DNA of 64,000 nt from an uncultured Bacteroidota bacterium (GTDB lineage: Bacteria; Bacteroidota; Bacteroidia; Chitinophagales; LD1). The position numbers and the translations under genes are program-made. The stretch is taken from assembly GCA_903919075.1 (NCBI GenBank), contig CAIXGR010000094.1:32213-96212 (forward strand). The letters are read 5' to 3'. This document shows, one piece after another, positions 37,664 to 47,327 of the stretch (position 1 is the first letter of the stretch; each line of letters begins with the position of its first letter). The notes beneath the pieces are model-generated. The model did no database searches and was not told the origin of the DNA. It worked only from the letters and a program-made list of their open reading frames with translations.

Positions 37664-38440
37664 TCATTTTTTCTTCTTTTGCTTATCGTCGACATCATGA
37701 AGTTCTTTTTTAAACACAAGCCTAGCGTAGGCGCCCTCTAAAGCGTTATTTAAACGTATTACGGCACCATCATAGTTATTCAAATAAACTGCTTCACAAA
37801 AGGGAAAAGGCCGGTTTAACTGCTCCAAATTTCTGTTGCTTAAAACCAAGGCCGAGTTGGATATTGTATTAGCTTCAGAACTTATATATGAGCCTCTTTT
37901 TCCGCCACCCTTCCAATAACGATTTTCTTGTATTGAAGCGCCAATAGCGGCTCCGTACTCAGCTATAATAAAAAAAGTATCTTTCATCACTATTGATGGA
38001 TCATATGTCAGCGCATCGTTTAAGAATACACCCTTTTCTCCTTTTAAAAACCTCTTGGTGTCTCGGGCATAAATAAACAGTACTTTACTAAACGTGTAAT
38101 AACTTTTAAACGCACGTATTATAGCTGTATTCTGTATCTTTCTATCTTCAATTATTCTATCAGCAATATTTTGTTTACCTGCCTCAGCATAGCCTTTTAC
38201 TGATTTATCATTGGTTTTTAATCTAACCACCAAGGTACCTGTTTTCAAACTTTTTAGTTCTTGAGCAGCTCTCTCCTTAGAAACTAATGAATCATACCTA
38301 GATGAAGAGACCGTAAAGTCTATTGCCGTTGTGTCGTACTTGCTATCAATTTCTGTGGTATCATTTTTTGACAGACTATTTTCTTGTCCGAAAATAGAGT
38401 TAGATAATATAACAGCCAAAATTATAACCACGTAACGCAT
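37664..38440 (-). CDS. hypothetical secreted protein
   Basis: Signal peptide MRYVVIILAVILSNSIFGQ. Lys-rich C-terminus. No family recognised. Confidence 0.45.
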   Translation of the reverse strand: MRYVVIILAVILSNSIFGQENSLSKNDTTEIDSKYDTTAIDFTVSSSRYDSLVSKERAAQELKSLKTGTLVVRLKTNDKSVKGYAEAGKQNIADRIIEDRKIQNTAIIRAFKSYYTFSKVLFIYARDTKRFLKGEKGVFLNDALTYDPSIVMKDTFFIIAEYGAAIGASIQENRYWKGGGKRGSYISSEANTISNSALVLSNRNLEQLNRPFPFCEAVYLNNYDGAVIRLNNALEGAYARLVFKKELHDVDDKQKKKK

Positions 38441-38444
38441 ATAA

Positions 38445-38909
38445 CTATTTAAAATCTTTCGCAATCTCTTTAGGAACAAATTTTTTCACCTTACCCTTAC
38501 CCATTATTATTTCGCGCACTATGGTTGATGAAATAGAGGATAGTTCGGGCCGAGAAAGAATAAGAATAGTTTCAAGTTGTGGTAACATATCATGATTAAG
38601 ATGCGCAATTGTTTTTTCGTACTCAAAATCGCCTGCAGAACGGATGCCTCTTAAAAGGTAATTCGCTTTCTTCTCTTCACAAAAATTTACCGTTAACCCT
38701 TCATAGCTATCTACTTTTACTTTAGGCTCGCCTTTAAAAACGGCCTCTATCCATTTTATTCTTTGTTCTAACGAAAACAAAGATTTCTTCTGAGAGTTCA
38801 CCCCTATAGCAATAATAATTTCATCAAATAATGGCAGTGCCCTTTCTACCACATCAGCATGACCGGTAGTAATGGGGTCGAACGAGCCGGGGAAAACTGC
38901 TATTTTCAT
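38445..38909 (-). CDS. coaD: phosphopantetheine adenylyltransferase
   Basis: MKIAVFPGSFDPITTGH nucleotidyltransferase motif. An alternative start at 38924 gives an ATGA overlap with the rsmD stop. Confidence 0.92.
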   Translation of the reverse strand: MKIAVFPGSFDPITTGHADVVERALPLFDEIIIAIGVNSQKKSLFSLEQRIKWIEAVFKGEPKVKVDSYEGLTVNFCEEKKANYLLRGIRSAGDFEYEKTIAHLNHDMLPQLETILILSRPELSSISSTIVREIIMGKGKVKKFVPKEIAKDFK

Positions 38910-38920
38910 GTGTTCAGATT

Positions 38921-39475
38921 TCATGGTTCAACGTTTTGGGTTGCGTTAACAAAAATAGAGAAAATAGTAGTGCCGTAGTTCTTACCCTTAAAATAGTGCG
39001 GGTGCTTCTCGAAATTATGATTGGGGTTATGCTCAAGTATAAACCAACCTTCACCTTCTACCAGTCCCGCTTCAAAAACAAGGTCTGGTAAACTGGCTAG
39101 ATTTTCGAGCGGGTAAGGTGGCCCTGCAAAAATTACATCGAACTTTTGATTGCAGTTATTAATAAAACTGAATACATCCATTTGCAAAGCATGAATGCCA
39201 CTTAATTTCAATTCCGCAGCGGTTTTTTTTATAAAAGCTGCGCATTTAGGAAAAATCTCAACGGTGGTAATATCTGTGCATCCGCGCGAAGCGAATTCAT
39301 ATGAAATGCTACCTGTTCCACCAAAAAGGTCGAGTACTTTTATATTATCAAAATTGAAACTGTTATTGATTACATTAAACAACCCCTCCTTAGCAAAATC
39401 GGTGGTAGGGCGTGTGGGTATATTTTGCGGTGGTTGAAAGCGTATGCCTTTCAACCTTCCTCCTATAATTCTCAT
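38921..39475 (-). CDS. rsmD: 16S rRNA (guanine966-N2)-methyltransferase
   Basis: RIIGG..KG, DLFGGTGS SAM motif, FAGPPY catalytic motif. Confidence 0.88.
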   Translation of the reverse strand: MRIIGGRLKGIRFQPPQNIPTRPTTDFAKEGLFNVINNSFNFDNIKVLDLFGGTGSISYEFASRGCTDITTVEIFPKCAAFIKKTAAELKLSGIHALQMDVFSFINNCNQKFDVIFAGPPYPLENLASLPDLVFEAGLVEGEGWFILEHNPNHNFEKHPHYFKGKNYGTTIFSIFVNATQNVEP

Positions 39476-40299
39476 GCAATAAGATTGTACAAGTTAAAAT
39501 GAAGATGCCTAGGGAATCTATCAAAAGCCTTTGAAAAACGTATTTCCTCGGGTTTATGTATAAAGCTAATCTTCGGAAAATAATGATAGCAATTGCTATA
39601 AATTTTTGATTGAATATCAACTCCGCCAATTAACATCAACTCAATTTCTTCGCGATTAATTTTTAGTTCTTCGCAGCAAAGCAATAAGAAATAAATAAAA
39701 TCGGTAGGTGCTTTATATTCATACCGGTTCATTAACCGTAGTTCATTTTGATTAATAAAGTAAATAACATCAAAATGATCAGTGTCGACATTGACAAAAA
39801 GTTTATCAGCTGATTCGCTTATATACTCAGGCAAGGCGTTGATAAACGAAGAACTGAGATGTACAATATTGCAAATGGGTAAAAGATTTCGTATTTTATC
39901 ATTCAGCCTTGCATTAAGAGCAAAAACAAGGTCCATACCTACATTGCCGAGTTTTTGGCTAATAGAAATATTGCCGTTGGTTTCGACCGGAAATAAAATA
40001 TCTGCGGGGACAAGATTGTAATTTGAATCAATACCAATAATTACTTTTCCGAATGAGAGCTGCAAACTTTGGTCGTCATGAAATATTTTGTCAATTCTGA
40101 GCAAAAGGTCGTCCTCGTTTTCTACATGATGAAGTGTGTATTCGCCATAAAAAATAATTTGGCCATGGGTAAGCGATTGAATAAAATACTTAACCGAATG
40201 ATATGAAACAGCCAACTTAAGAAGCAGCGAGGATGGAGGAATTGTTACATCCGGCTCGCCTATGCTTGTATAAGTATTTTTGATTTGCACTGCTGACAC
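39472..40299 (-). CDS. hypothetical protein (possibly DUF3822-type, commonly upstream of rsmD in Bacteroidota)
   Basis: 4-nt overlap with rsmD. Family assignment is from memory of synteny only. Confidence 0.35.
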   Translation of the reverse strand: MSAVQIKNTYTSIGEPDVTIPPSSLLLKLAVSYHSVKYFIQSLTHGQIIFYGEYTLHHVENEDDLLLRIDKIFHDDQSLQLSFGKVIIGIDSNYNLVPADILFPVETNGNISISQKLGNVGMDLVFALNARLNDKIRNLLPICNIVHLSSSFINALPEYISESADKLFVNVDTDHFDVIYFINQNELRLMNRYEYKAPTDFIYFLLLCCEELKINREEIELMLIGGVDIQSKIYSNCYHYFPKISFIHKPEEIRFSKAFDRFPRHLHFNLYNLIA

Positions 40300-40380
40300 G
40301 TTGCGAAATTAATTTTTTTGCCGATGCAATTGCTATCTTACAGGTGAAAACGCGAAATTTTAAAGGCTGCAAAAATGTTT

Positions 40381-40388
40381 TATGTTTG
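40381..40388 (+). promoter_or_regulatory. candidate -7 box abutting the thioesterase start codon
   Basis: TATGTTTG fits TAnnTTTG, 6 nt before the ATG at 40395. Confidence 0.3.
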
Positions 40389-40394
40389 ACAAGT

Positions 40395-40829
40395 ATGAAA
40401 AAATATGAGGCACTAAACCCAAAATTTAAAGAATATACGGAATTCAAGATTTCGAAGAATAAATTCATGCATAATTTAGGGTTTGAAATAACCAAAATTG
40501 AACCGGGTTATATTGAGGGAGATTTGAAATTTAAAGAAATGCATGAGCAGCAAAACGGTTGGCTGCATGGTGGTGTTACCTCCACCATTTTAGATATGGC
40601 GCAGGGCTTTGCAGCCTACAGCATGGTTGAAGATGGCAAGCAGGTATTTACAGTTGAGGCCAAGGTTTCGTACTTTAATCCCGGTATCGCTTCTCAATTT
40701 TTTACCCGGGGATACGTTATTAAACCTGGCAAGAGGTTTCATTTTTGCGAAGCTGAGGTGTATTATTTAAAAGAAGATGGCAGTGAGGTTACAGTGGCGA
40801 AAGGTTCATCAACTATGGCGGTTGTTTAA
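40395..40829 (+). CDS. PaaI-family hotdog-fold thioesterase
   Basis: N..G.LHGGVTSTILDMAQG pattern of PaaI/YdiI-type thioesterases. ATG at 40395 preferred over GTG at 40344. Confidence 0.75.
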   Translation: MKKYEALNPKFKEYTEFKISKNKFMHNLGFEITKIEPGYIEGDLKFKEMHEQQNGWLHGGVTSTILDMAQGFAAYSMVEDGKQVFTVEAKVSYFNPGIASQFFTRGYVIKPGKRFHFCEAEVYYLKEDGSEVTVAKGSSTMAVV

Positions 40830-40837
40830 TACAAAAG

Positions 40838-42175
40838 GTGGCACATTTAAAAGCAACATATAAAGAAATACTAGGCATATCATTGCCTTTGATACTAGGC
40901 AATGCCGCCTGGACTTGCAATGGTGTGTTTGATACAATTTTTGTAGGTAATCTAGGTAAAGTTCAGCTTGATGCCATTGGGTTTGCTAGTATATTTTACT
41001 CGGTACTTTTTATGATGGGCTTTAATTTTACCCGGGGTATGCAAATGTTAGTAGCCCGAAAAATGGGCGAGCTAAATCACCACGAAGTAGGCAATATTGT
41101 TGATACTACGATTATATCTATGCTTACGGTTGCCATACTATTTTTTATTGTAATTAAAGTTTTCTCGCATCAGATATTGGGCTTTATGCTGACTAATGAG
41201 GATATTATAAAGGACTGCGAGATATTTTTAAGTTACCGCATATGGGGTTTAATACCCGGCTTTTTAAGTTTTGTTTTTATAGCATTTTATTCGGGCATTG
41301 GCAGAACTAATGTGCTGGCTTTATCGGTAGCAGTTATGACTTTTTTTAATGTTGTATTAAACTATGGCTTAGTATATGGCAAATTTGGATTGCCTGAACT
41401 TGGTATTGCCGGCTCTGGGCTTGCCAGCAGCATTTCCGAAGGGCTTGGTGTGCTTGTATTACTGGCTGGTACATTTTATAAAAAGCGTATTCACGAGTTT
41501 TCGCTTTTCCGCTTTAAAAAATTCGACCTTGGGCTGCTGGGACAAATGAACAATATTGCTATCCCTTTAATGATACAATCTTTTGTAGCTGTGGGCGCCT
41601 GGCTGATACTTTTTGCAAGAATAGAAACTAATCTTGGAAAAGATTCGCTTGCTATTTCATCAATTTTCAGGCAACTGGTATTGTTTTTTACTATCCCTAC
41701 CTGGTCACTTGGTTCAACTGCAAATACCATTATCAGCAATATGGTGGGACAGAAAGATTATGGCGGTGTAAAAACAGCTTTACGTAAAATTAGCATCATA
41801 AGCCTTGGTTTTGCAATATTATCGTGTGTTATTATTCTTGTGTTTCCCAATTTTTGCACCGGCATTTTTACCAGCAAGCAGGATTTTGCTTTAATACCCC
41901 TAGCCGTGCACGTTGTTCCGGTAATATTTGTTGTGTTTATTTTGGCGTCGTTCTCCAACATTATTTTTAATGGGGTAATAAGTTTGGGAAATATATATAC
42001 TGCCCTGGCCATACAAGTTGCTGCCGCAGTTATTTATATCATTTACTTTCAAATAATGTTTAAAATGTCTTTTGTAAATACCTTTTGGATTTGGACTGCT
42101 GAATGGGTATACTGGATATTTATATTGGCGGCAAGCCTGGTATTTTTTAAATACAAAAAATTTGAGGTTGTATAA
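40838..42175 (+). CDS. MATE family efflux transporter
   Basis: About 445 aa, 12 predicted TM segments, N-terminal YKEILGISLPLILGN pattern typical of MATE. GTG start. Confidence 0.8.
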   Translation: MAHLKATYKEILGISLPLILGNAAWTCNGVFDTIFVGNLGKVQLDAIGFASIFYSVLFMMGFNFTRGMQMLVARKMGELNHHEVGNIVDTTIISMLTVAILFFIVIKVFSHQILGFMLTNEDIIKDCEIFLSYRIWGLIPGFLSFVFIAFYSGIGRTNVLALSVAVMTFFNVVLNYGLVYGKFGLPELGIAGSGLASSISEGLGVLVLLAGTFYKKRIHEFSLFRFKKFDLGLLGQMNNIAIPLMIQSFVAVGAWLILFARIETNLGKDSLAISSIFRQLVLFFTIPTWSLGSTANTIISNMVGQKDYGGVKTALRKISIISLGFAILSCVIILVFPNFCTGIFTSKQDFALIPLAVHVVPVIFVVFILASFSNIIFNGVISLGNIYTALAIQVAAAVIYIIYFQIMFKMSFVNTFWIWTAEWVYWIFILAASLVFFKYKKFEVV

Positions 42176-42217
42176 AAGATGACGTTGGTTTATTGAATAG
42201 GATACTTCATTTATAAT

Positions 42218-42225
42218 TACTTTTG
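42218..42225 (+). promoter_or_regulatory. candidate -7 box abutting the ftsE start codon
   Basis: TACTTTTG fits TAnnTTTG, 5 nt before the ATG at 42231. Confidence 0.35.
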
Positions 42226-42230
42226 ATATT

Positions 42231-42923
42231 ATGGAAGAAAACGTACTGAGCTATAAGCACGTTAATATATACCAAGGCAAAAACCTGATATTAACCGATG
42301 TGAATATTGAAATGAAGCAGGGCGAATTTATTTACCTGATTGGCAAAACCGGAACAGGTAAAAGCAGCCTGCTGAAAACTTTATATGGCGAAGTGCCGGT
42401 TAAAGAGGGTGAGGCTATGGTATGTGGTTATAACTTGAAAAAGTTAAAGAAAAGTGAAATCCCTCAACTGCGCCGTAAACTTGGTATAGTATTTCAGGAT
42501 TTTCAGTTGTTGAATGACCGGACTGTAAATGCTAACCTTGAGTTTGTGCTTAAAGCCACCGGATGGGAACATAAAAATGAACGCAACGAAAGAATTGCAG
42601 AGGTATTAACTGAATTAGGATTGGCTCACCTGGGCTTTAAAATGCCTTTTCAGCTTTCAGGCGGTGAGCAGCAGCGTTTGGTAATAGCGAGGGCTATGTT
42701 AAACAATCCTCCTTTGTTTCTTGCTGATGAGCCTACCGGTAACCTTGACCCTGAAACATCGGACGATATTTTAAAACTTTTGATACGTATTAACCGCGAA
42801 CATAATACTTCGATACTAATGGCTACGCATAACTATCAGCTTATTGACAAGTATCCTTCGAAAATATATAGTTTTAATAATAGCGCCGTTACGCTTGAAA
42901 AAGGCATTTACGTGAAGTCGTAA
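42231..42923 (+). CDS. ftsE: cell division ATP-binding protein FtsE-like ABC ATPase
   Basis: Walker [37 protein letters not shown], about 230 aa. Confidence 0.75.
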   Translation: MEENVLSYKHVNIYQGKNLILTDVNIEMKQGEFIYLIGKTGTGKSSLLKTLYGEVPVKEGEAMVCGYNLKKLKKSEIPQLRRKLGIVFQDFQLLNDRTVNANLEFVLKATGWEHKNERNERIAEVLTELGLAHLGFKMPFQLSGGEQQRLVIARAMLNNPPLFLADEPTGNLDPETSDDILKLLIRINREHNTSILMATHNYQLIDKYPSKIYSFNNSAVTLEKGIYVKS

Positions 42924-42928
42924 ATTAT

Positions 42929-44059
42929 CTAGAAGAACATTTCTTTCGCAATCTTTAAGGCATTGGCTTCATTGCCAAAACCTGCATCAAGCACCCGTTT
43001 ACGTTTCTCAATGTCTTCCATAGTAAATTCAGCATCCATAAGACTGGTAATATCACGCTTTGCGGCGTTTGGGTTGTCTTCAACAACGCATAACCTCTCA
43101 AGGCCGGTGTAATTAACCATTTTGCTATTCACCAAACAAAACCTGCCGCGATACAGCGAATTGAGTAGCTTAAGTTTGATTCCAGTGTTCTGAAAAGTAA
43201 ATAACAGATTAATATGTGCGTTAGACATTAACTCCGACATTTTTTCAAACGAGGGGCTTTCAACCAGTTCGATATTGGGTATATTTTTTATTTCCTTTTT
43301 AAGCGCTGAAGTGGGCTCTTTGCCTGCAATTACAAAATTATAGGGCATACCCTCGGCAATTTTTTTAGCAATAAACATTGCGGCCTGATTATTTTCGGCC
43401 ACACTTAAATTGCCCTGGTATAAAATATAATTTCCTTTGCCGGGTTTGCTGGTTATATCATCATTATTATGGAAGGCTGAGACGTAAAAGATATTCTCAT
43501 AACTGAGCCGCAAATATTCGTAGTCGCTTTTTGAAATGGCAAAAATTTTATCGGCATATTTTAAATCATCTTCGAATCGCTTTAGTTTTTTTGATTCGTA
43601 ATAAAAATAAAACTTGATGAGATAATTGCGCTCAGCTTCTTTAAGGCTGCGGTAATAATCCCACTCAACATTGTGCATGCGCACTGCTTTTACTTTATTT
43701 TTTAAAAGCGGATGATTTAAATAAAAGCATGTGTGCAGTCCTTCAAATAAAACCGGATAATCATCTGCTATTAAATTTTCCAGTAACTCATCGTTTTTAC
43801 GCGAACCAACTATATAAGGCACTTTGCTGTATATGGCCTGATAAAATTTACGCCGAGGATAGTAATGTACTTTTTCGCAAATCTCATTCAACTCTTTACT
43901 TTGTTCACGGCCGTAATGAAAACAATGGAGATGAATTTTAATTCCTAAACGATAAAGGGCGCGTATTTTATAAAATACATCTATAACACCACCGTAATCG
44001 GGAGGGTAAGGAACATTAAAAGAAACTATGTGCAGGCTTTTACCTGAATAAATGTCCAT
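42929..44059 (-). CDS. glycosyltransferase (GT-B, family 1/4-like)
   Basis: Size and C-terminal layout are consistent with GT1. Weak motif support. Confidence 0.55.
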   Translation of the reverse strand: MDIYSGKSLHIVSFNVPYPPDYGGVIDVFYKIRALYRLGIKIHLHCFHYGREQSKELNEICEKVHYYPRRKFYQAIYSKVPYIVGSRKNDELLENLIADDYPVLFEGLHTCFYLNHPLLKNKVKAVRMHNVEWDYYRSLKEAERNYLIKFYFYYESKKLKRFEDDLKYADKIFAISKSDYEYLRLSYENIFYVSAFHNNDDITSKPGKGNYILYQGNLSVAENNQAAMFIAKKIAEGMPYNFVIAGKEPTSALKKEIKNIPNIELVESPSFEKMSELMSNAHINLLFTFQNTGIKLKLLNSLYRGRFCLVNSKMVNYTGLERLCVVEDNPNAAKRDITSLMDAEFTMEDIEKRKRVLDAGFGNEANALKIAKEMFF

Positions 44060-45149
44060 AAAGGCCGAGCAGCTTTTTTTCTTCGTTTTGCCAATTTAGC
44101 TGGCCACTGCAAACATCACAATTTATTTTCAATCTGGTGTATAAGTCTTTATCGTTTGCAAGACGCAATATTGCGCCTTTTATTTCGGCGGGAGAGCAAT
44201 CTTTTATTAATACAGCAACCTGGTAATGGTTATTAATCTTTCTGTACTCTGGGAAATCATTACATACCTGTGGAACCCCAGCGTGTATATAATCGAAAAA
44301 TTTATTGGAGAGAGAGTGGTAATAGCTTAATCCTGTTTCTTCAAGCGCGTTAATACCGACCAATGCTCCATCTGTTATTGTCCGTAACTCATTAGGTTCA
44401 ATATATCCGAGAAACTCAATTTTACCTTGAAGATTGGCTTGCTTTACCAATTGATGCAATTGCTGTGACAAATCGCCCTCGCCAGCTATTTTCAGTTTTA
44501 AATCTATTTCTTTCATCGCCTCAATCAATTGTTCTAAGCCCCTCCCCTCGTTCAAAGCACCCTGATATAAAACATATGAGCTCTTCTTATCGGTGACTGG
44601 TTTATTAAACTGATTTGTGCTTTTGTTCTCAAGCAGCGGTGCATTCATAATTACTTCAATGTTCTTAGCATACTCCTTTCGGAACAATTCGGCAAGGCCC
44701 TCTGAAACCGTATATATCAAATCGAATTTAGGAACAAATGTTTTTTCTACCCATTTCCATATTTTTTTTACCATTGGCCTTCTTATAACTTCAGGAACTT
44801 CGGTAAAATATTCGTGTGCATCGTAAATAAGTTTAGCTCCCTTTAATTTACCAATAATATAAACGGGAACGATGGTGTCCAGGTCAATAGCACAGGCAGC
44901 ATCAAACTGGGAAAAGGTTAGATAGAACAAAAGGCGAAGGTTATATTCAAGATAAAACAGCTTGCCTTTATTGAAGAAACAGTTTAATCGGGTTTGCAGA
45001 TAAGGTTCAGTTTTTATTGCTAGTGAAAAATTCCTAAGCCTGCCTACCAACTCTACCTCATAGCCTGCGTTTGCCAGGCTGCGGCAAATTTTTTGCATCC
45101 GCTGGTCGTAGGTAATATCATTGGTAACTGTAAAAACAATTCTTTTCAT
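44040..45149 (-). CDS. glycosyltransferase family 4/1
   Basis: C-terminal LYQGALNEGRGLEQLI...GEGD...E..G...LEA motif pattern of GT-B retaining transferases. 20-nt overlap with the downstream GT. Confidence 0.65.
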   Translation of the reverse strand: MKRIVFTVTNDITYDQRMQKICRSLANAGYEVELVGRLRNFSLAIKTEPYLQTRLNCFFNKGKLFYLEYNLRLLFYLTFSQFDAACAIDLDTIVPVYIIGKLKGAKLIYDAHEYFTEVPEVIRRPMVKKIWKWVEKTFVPKFDLIYTVSEGLAELFRKEYAKNIEVIMNAPLLENKSTNQFNKPVTDKKSSYVLYQGALNEGRGLEQLIEAMKEIDLKLKIAGEGDLSQQLHQLVKQANLQGKIEFLGYIEPNELRTITDGALVGINALEETGLSYYHSLSNKFFDYIHAGVPQVCNDFPEYRKINNHYQVAVLIKDCSPAEIKGAILRLANDKDLYTRLKINCDVCSGQLNWQNEEKKLLGLYGHLFR

Positions 45150-45215
45150 TACGGCTTTTTCAATTCATTGTTCTATTCTTAAAATACATACTGCTACTAA
45201 ATTAAGCGATAATAG

Positions 45216-45267
45216 CCATCTCCTCCTGCGCCCCCGGGCTCTCGCACTCCTCCTCCAAAGGAGGACA
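45216..45267. repeat. GC-rich hairpin repeat, family B, copy 2
   Basis: CCATCTCCTCCTGCGCCCCCGGGCTCTCGCACTCCTCCTCCAAAGGAGGACA aligns with 681-730. Hairpin TCCTCC-AAA-GGAGGA. Lies directly 3' of recQ (minus strand). Confidence 0.6.
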
Positions 45268-45268
45268 T

Positions 45269-47194
45269 TTATTCTATCCATTTCAAAGTGGCTTCGGGAG
45301 TACGCTTTATTTTTCCTGAGTCAAATAAAAATTCTAATACTTTATTCAAATCGGGAGAGTTAATGTGCAATTTTTCTTTAAGCTGCTCTATCGCCAATGG
45401 CTGATGTTTTAACTCCGCCTCTAATTCAGCTACAATTTTAGAAAAATCTTTGCCGGTAAAAGATGCTTTTTTATTGGCATCACATACATCGCAAATACCA
45501 CAATCCTCATCAACATTCTCTCCAAAATATTTTACCAATAGCCTTGTTCTGCAAACATTGTTTTCAGTAACATAATAGCGAATGGCTTTAAGCTTTTCTT
45601 TGAAGTTAGTTTTACGTTTTTTTATAAACTCGATATCTAAATGCAGTCCTTCTTTCTTAACCCTGTCTTTCAAAAAAACAATTTTAGGTTTTTCGCTGCG
45701 AGGTTGATAATTGAATATACCGAATTTATGAAGTGCTTTAAGACGTGTAATTGTTTCAGCAACAGAAATTTTCATTCTCGAAGCCATTGCATCCTCTTCT
45801 ACCGGTACAAAATCTTCGAACACGCCTTCGGAAGTACGGAGAATAAATTTTATTAGTGGCTCGTATAGTGCATTCTCGCTTTGAAATTTATACATCACAT
45901 CTTTACCTGCAATTGCTTTTACCTGCGAAAGGCCATATATACTTTCAGTAAGATAAATCAACTCTTGCTGTTCCAGCAATTTTAAAGCGGTGTATACTTT
46001 AACCGGGTTTAGCTTAAATGCATCGGAGAATGTTCTGATATCGAAATCGAAATTTTGATTGGCGCCGCTGTTGTAGGCAATGCGGTAATGCTGGCAGAGT
46101 GCTTCGTACACGCTTTTTATAAAATCGAGCGAAGGAAAACTTTCATTGATTTTTTTATCGACTTCAATAATATCGCTGTTATCTACCAGTTGAACTGCAT
46201 AGGCTTTATTTTCATCGCGGCCTGCTCGGCCTGCTTCCTGAAAATATGCTTCTACACTTTCGGTTAAGCCAAGATGCAACACCGTTCTAACATCGGGCTT
46301 ATCAATTCCCATTCCAAAAGCGTTGGTACAGCAAATTACCCTTGTCTTATTTTTCACCCAACTATCTTGTTTTTCAGAACGTTCATCTGATGTTAAACCG
46401 GCGTGATAGTAATCTGCTTTTATTTTATTCCGATTTAAATAGTCGGAATATTCTTTTGTTTTTTTACGGGTGTGGGCATATACAATGGCACTGCCTTGCA
46501 CCTTATTTAAAATATCGGTCATTGCCTGGTTTTTATTGGGCGTTTGGCGCACTACATAGCTTAAATTTTTTCTCACAAAACTTTGCTTGAAAACATTCTT
46601 CGCTCTAAATTTTAATTTTTCCTGAATGTCTTCTACTACTTCGGGTGTAGCGGTTGCAGTAAGCGCAATAACCGGAGTGTTCCGAAATTTTTCATGTACT
46701 GATGCTATCTTCTGATATGACGGGCGAAAATCGTAACCCCATTGCGAAATACAATGTGCTTCATCAACGGCCAAAATGGATATTTTCATTTTTTCTAATC
46801 GCACTTGAAAATCCTCGGTGTTCAAACGCTCGGGCGAGATGTACAGAAATTTATAGTCGCCATAAATGCAGTTATCTAACAGGGCATCTATTTGCCGGTA
46901 AGGCATGCCGGTGTATATGGCGGCAGCCTTAATGCCTTTTTGTTGAAGGTGGCGCACCTGGTCGCGCATTAAAGCTATTAAAGGGGATACTACTAAACAT
47001 AAACCCTCAGTGGCAAGCGCGGGCACCTGAAAGCAAACCGACTTACCGCCACCAGTAGGCAGCAAAGCCAGAGTATCTTTTTTTTCAAGAACAGACCGGA
47101 TAATATCTTCCTGCAAAGGCCGAAAGCTATTAAAGCCCCAATATTGTTTTAGTATTTGATGAATGTCAGACAAATTCCAAGTTTCAGATTTCAA
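45269..47194 (-). CDS. recQ: RecQ family ATP-dependent DNA helicase
   Basis: FRPLQ, PTGGGKS, DEAHCISQWGYDFRPSY, TATAT, and the C-terminal Zn-binding/winged-helix region (CRTRLLVKYFGE...CGICDVC). Confidence 0.92.
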   Translation of the reverse strand: MKSETWNLSDIHQILKQYWGFNSFRPLQEDIIRSVLEKKDTLALLPTGGGKSVCFQVPALATEGLCLVVSPLIALMRDQVRHLQQKGIKAAAIYTGMPYRQIDALLDNCIYGDYKFLYISPERLNTEDFQVRLEKMKISILAVDEAHCISQWGYDFRPSYQKIASVHEKFRNTPVIALTATATPEVVEDIQEKLKFRAKNVFKQSFVRKNLSYVVRQTPNKNQAMTDILNKVQGSAIVYAHTRKKTKEYSDYLNRNKIKADYYHAGLTSDERSEKQDSWVKNKTRVICCTNAFGMGIDKPDVRTVLHLGLTESVEAYFQEAGRAGRDENKAYAVQLVDNSDIIEVDKKINESFPSLDFIKSVYEALCQHYRIAYNSGANQNFDFDIRTFSDAFKLNPVKVYTALKLLEQQELIYLTESIYGLSQVKAIAGKDVMYKFQSENALYEPLIKFILRTSEGVFEDFVPVEEDAMASRMKISVAETITRLKALHKFGIFNYQPRSEKPKIVFLKDRVKKEGLHLDIEFIKKRKTNFKEKLKAIRYYVTENNVCRTRLLVKYFGENVDEDCGICDVCDANKKASFTGKDFSKIVAELEAELKHQPLAIEQLKEKLHINSPDLNKVLEFLFDSGKIKRTPEATLKWIE

Positions 47195-47235
47195 ATTTCA
47201 ATAAAAACATTCATAATCAGAGCGCATACTTCCCG

Positions 47236-47289
47236 GCTCCCCGCACCCCCTAACTCCCTAAGGGGAGAACCGCCTCCCCCACAAAAAAA
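47236..47289. repeat. GC-rich hairpin repeat, family A, copy 2
   Basis: GCTCCCCGCACCCCCTAACTCCCTAAGGGGAGAACCGCCTCCCCCACAAAAAAA is near-identical to 582-635 in the same orientation. Confidence 0.7.
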
Positions 47290-47327
47290 GAAATTTTCTG
47301 AGCTATCGAAGAAGCCTTTGAATAAAC

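Noticed and set aside
44040-44059. 20-nt overlap of the two glycosyltransferase ORFs as a sign of a frameshifted single gene
   Set aside because: Each ORF is a full-length GT-B-sized protein (369 and 376 aa) with its own start. The overlap is compatible with translational coupling.
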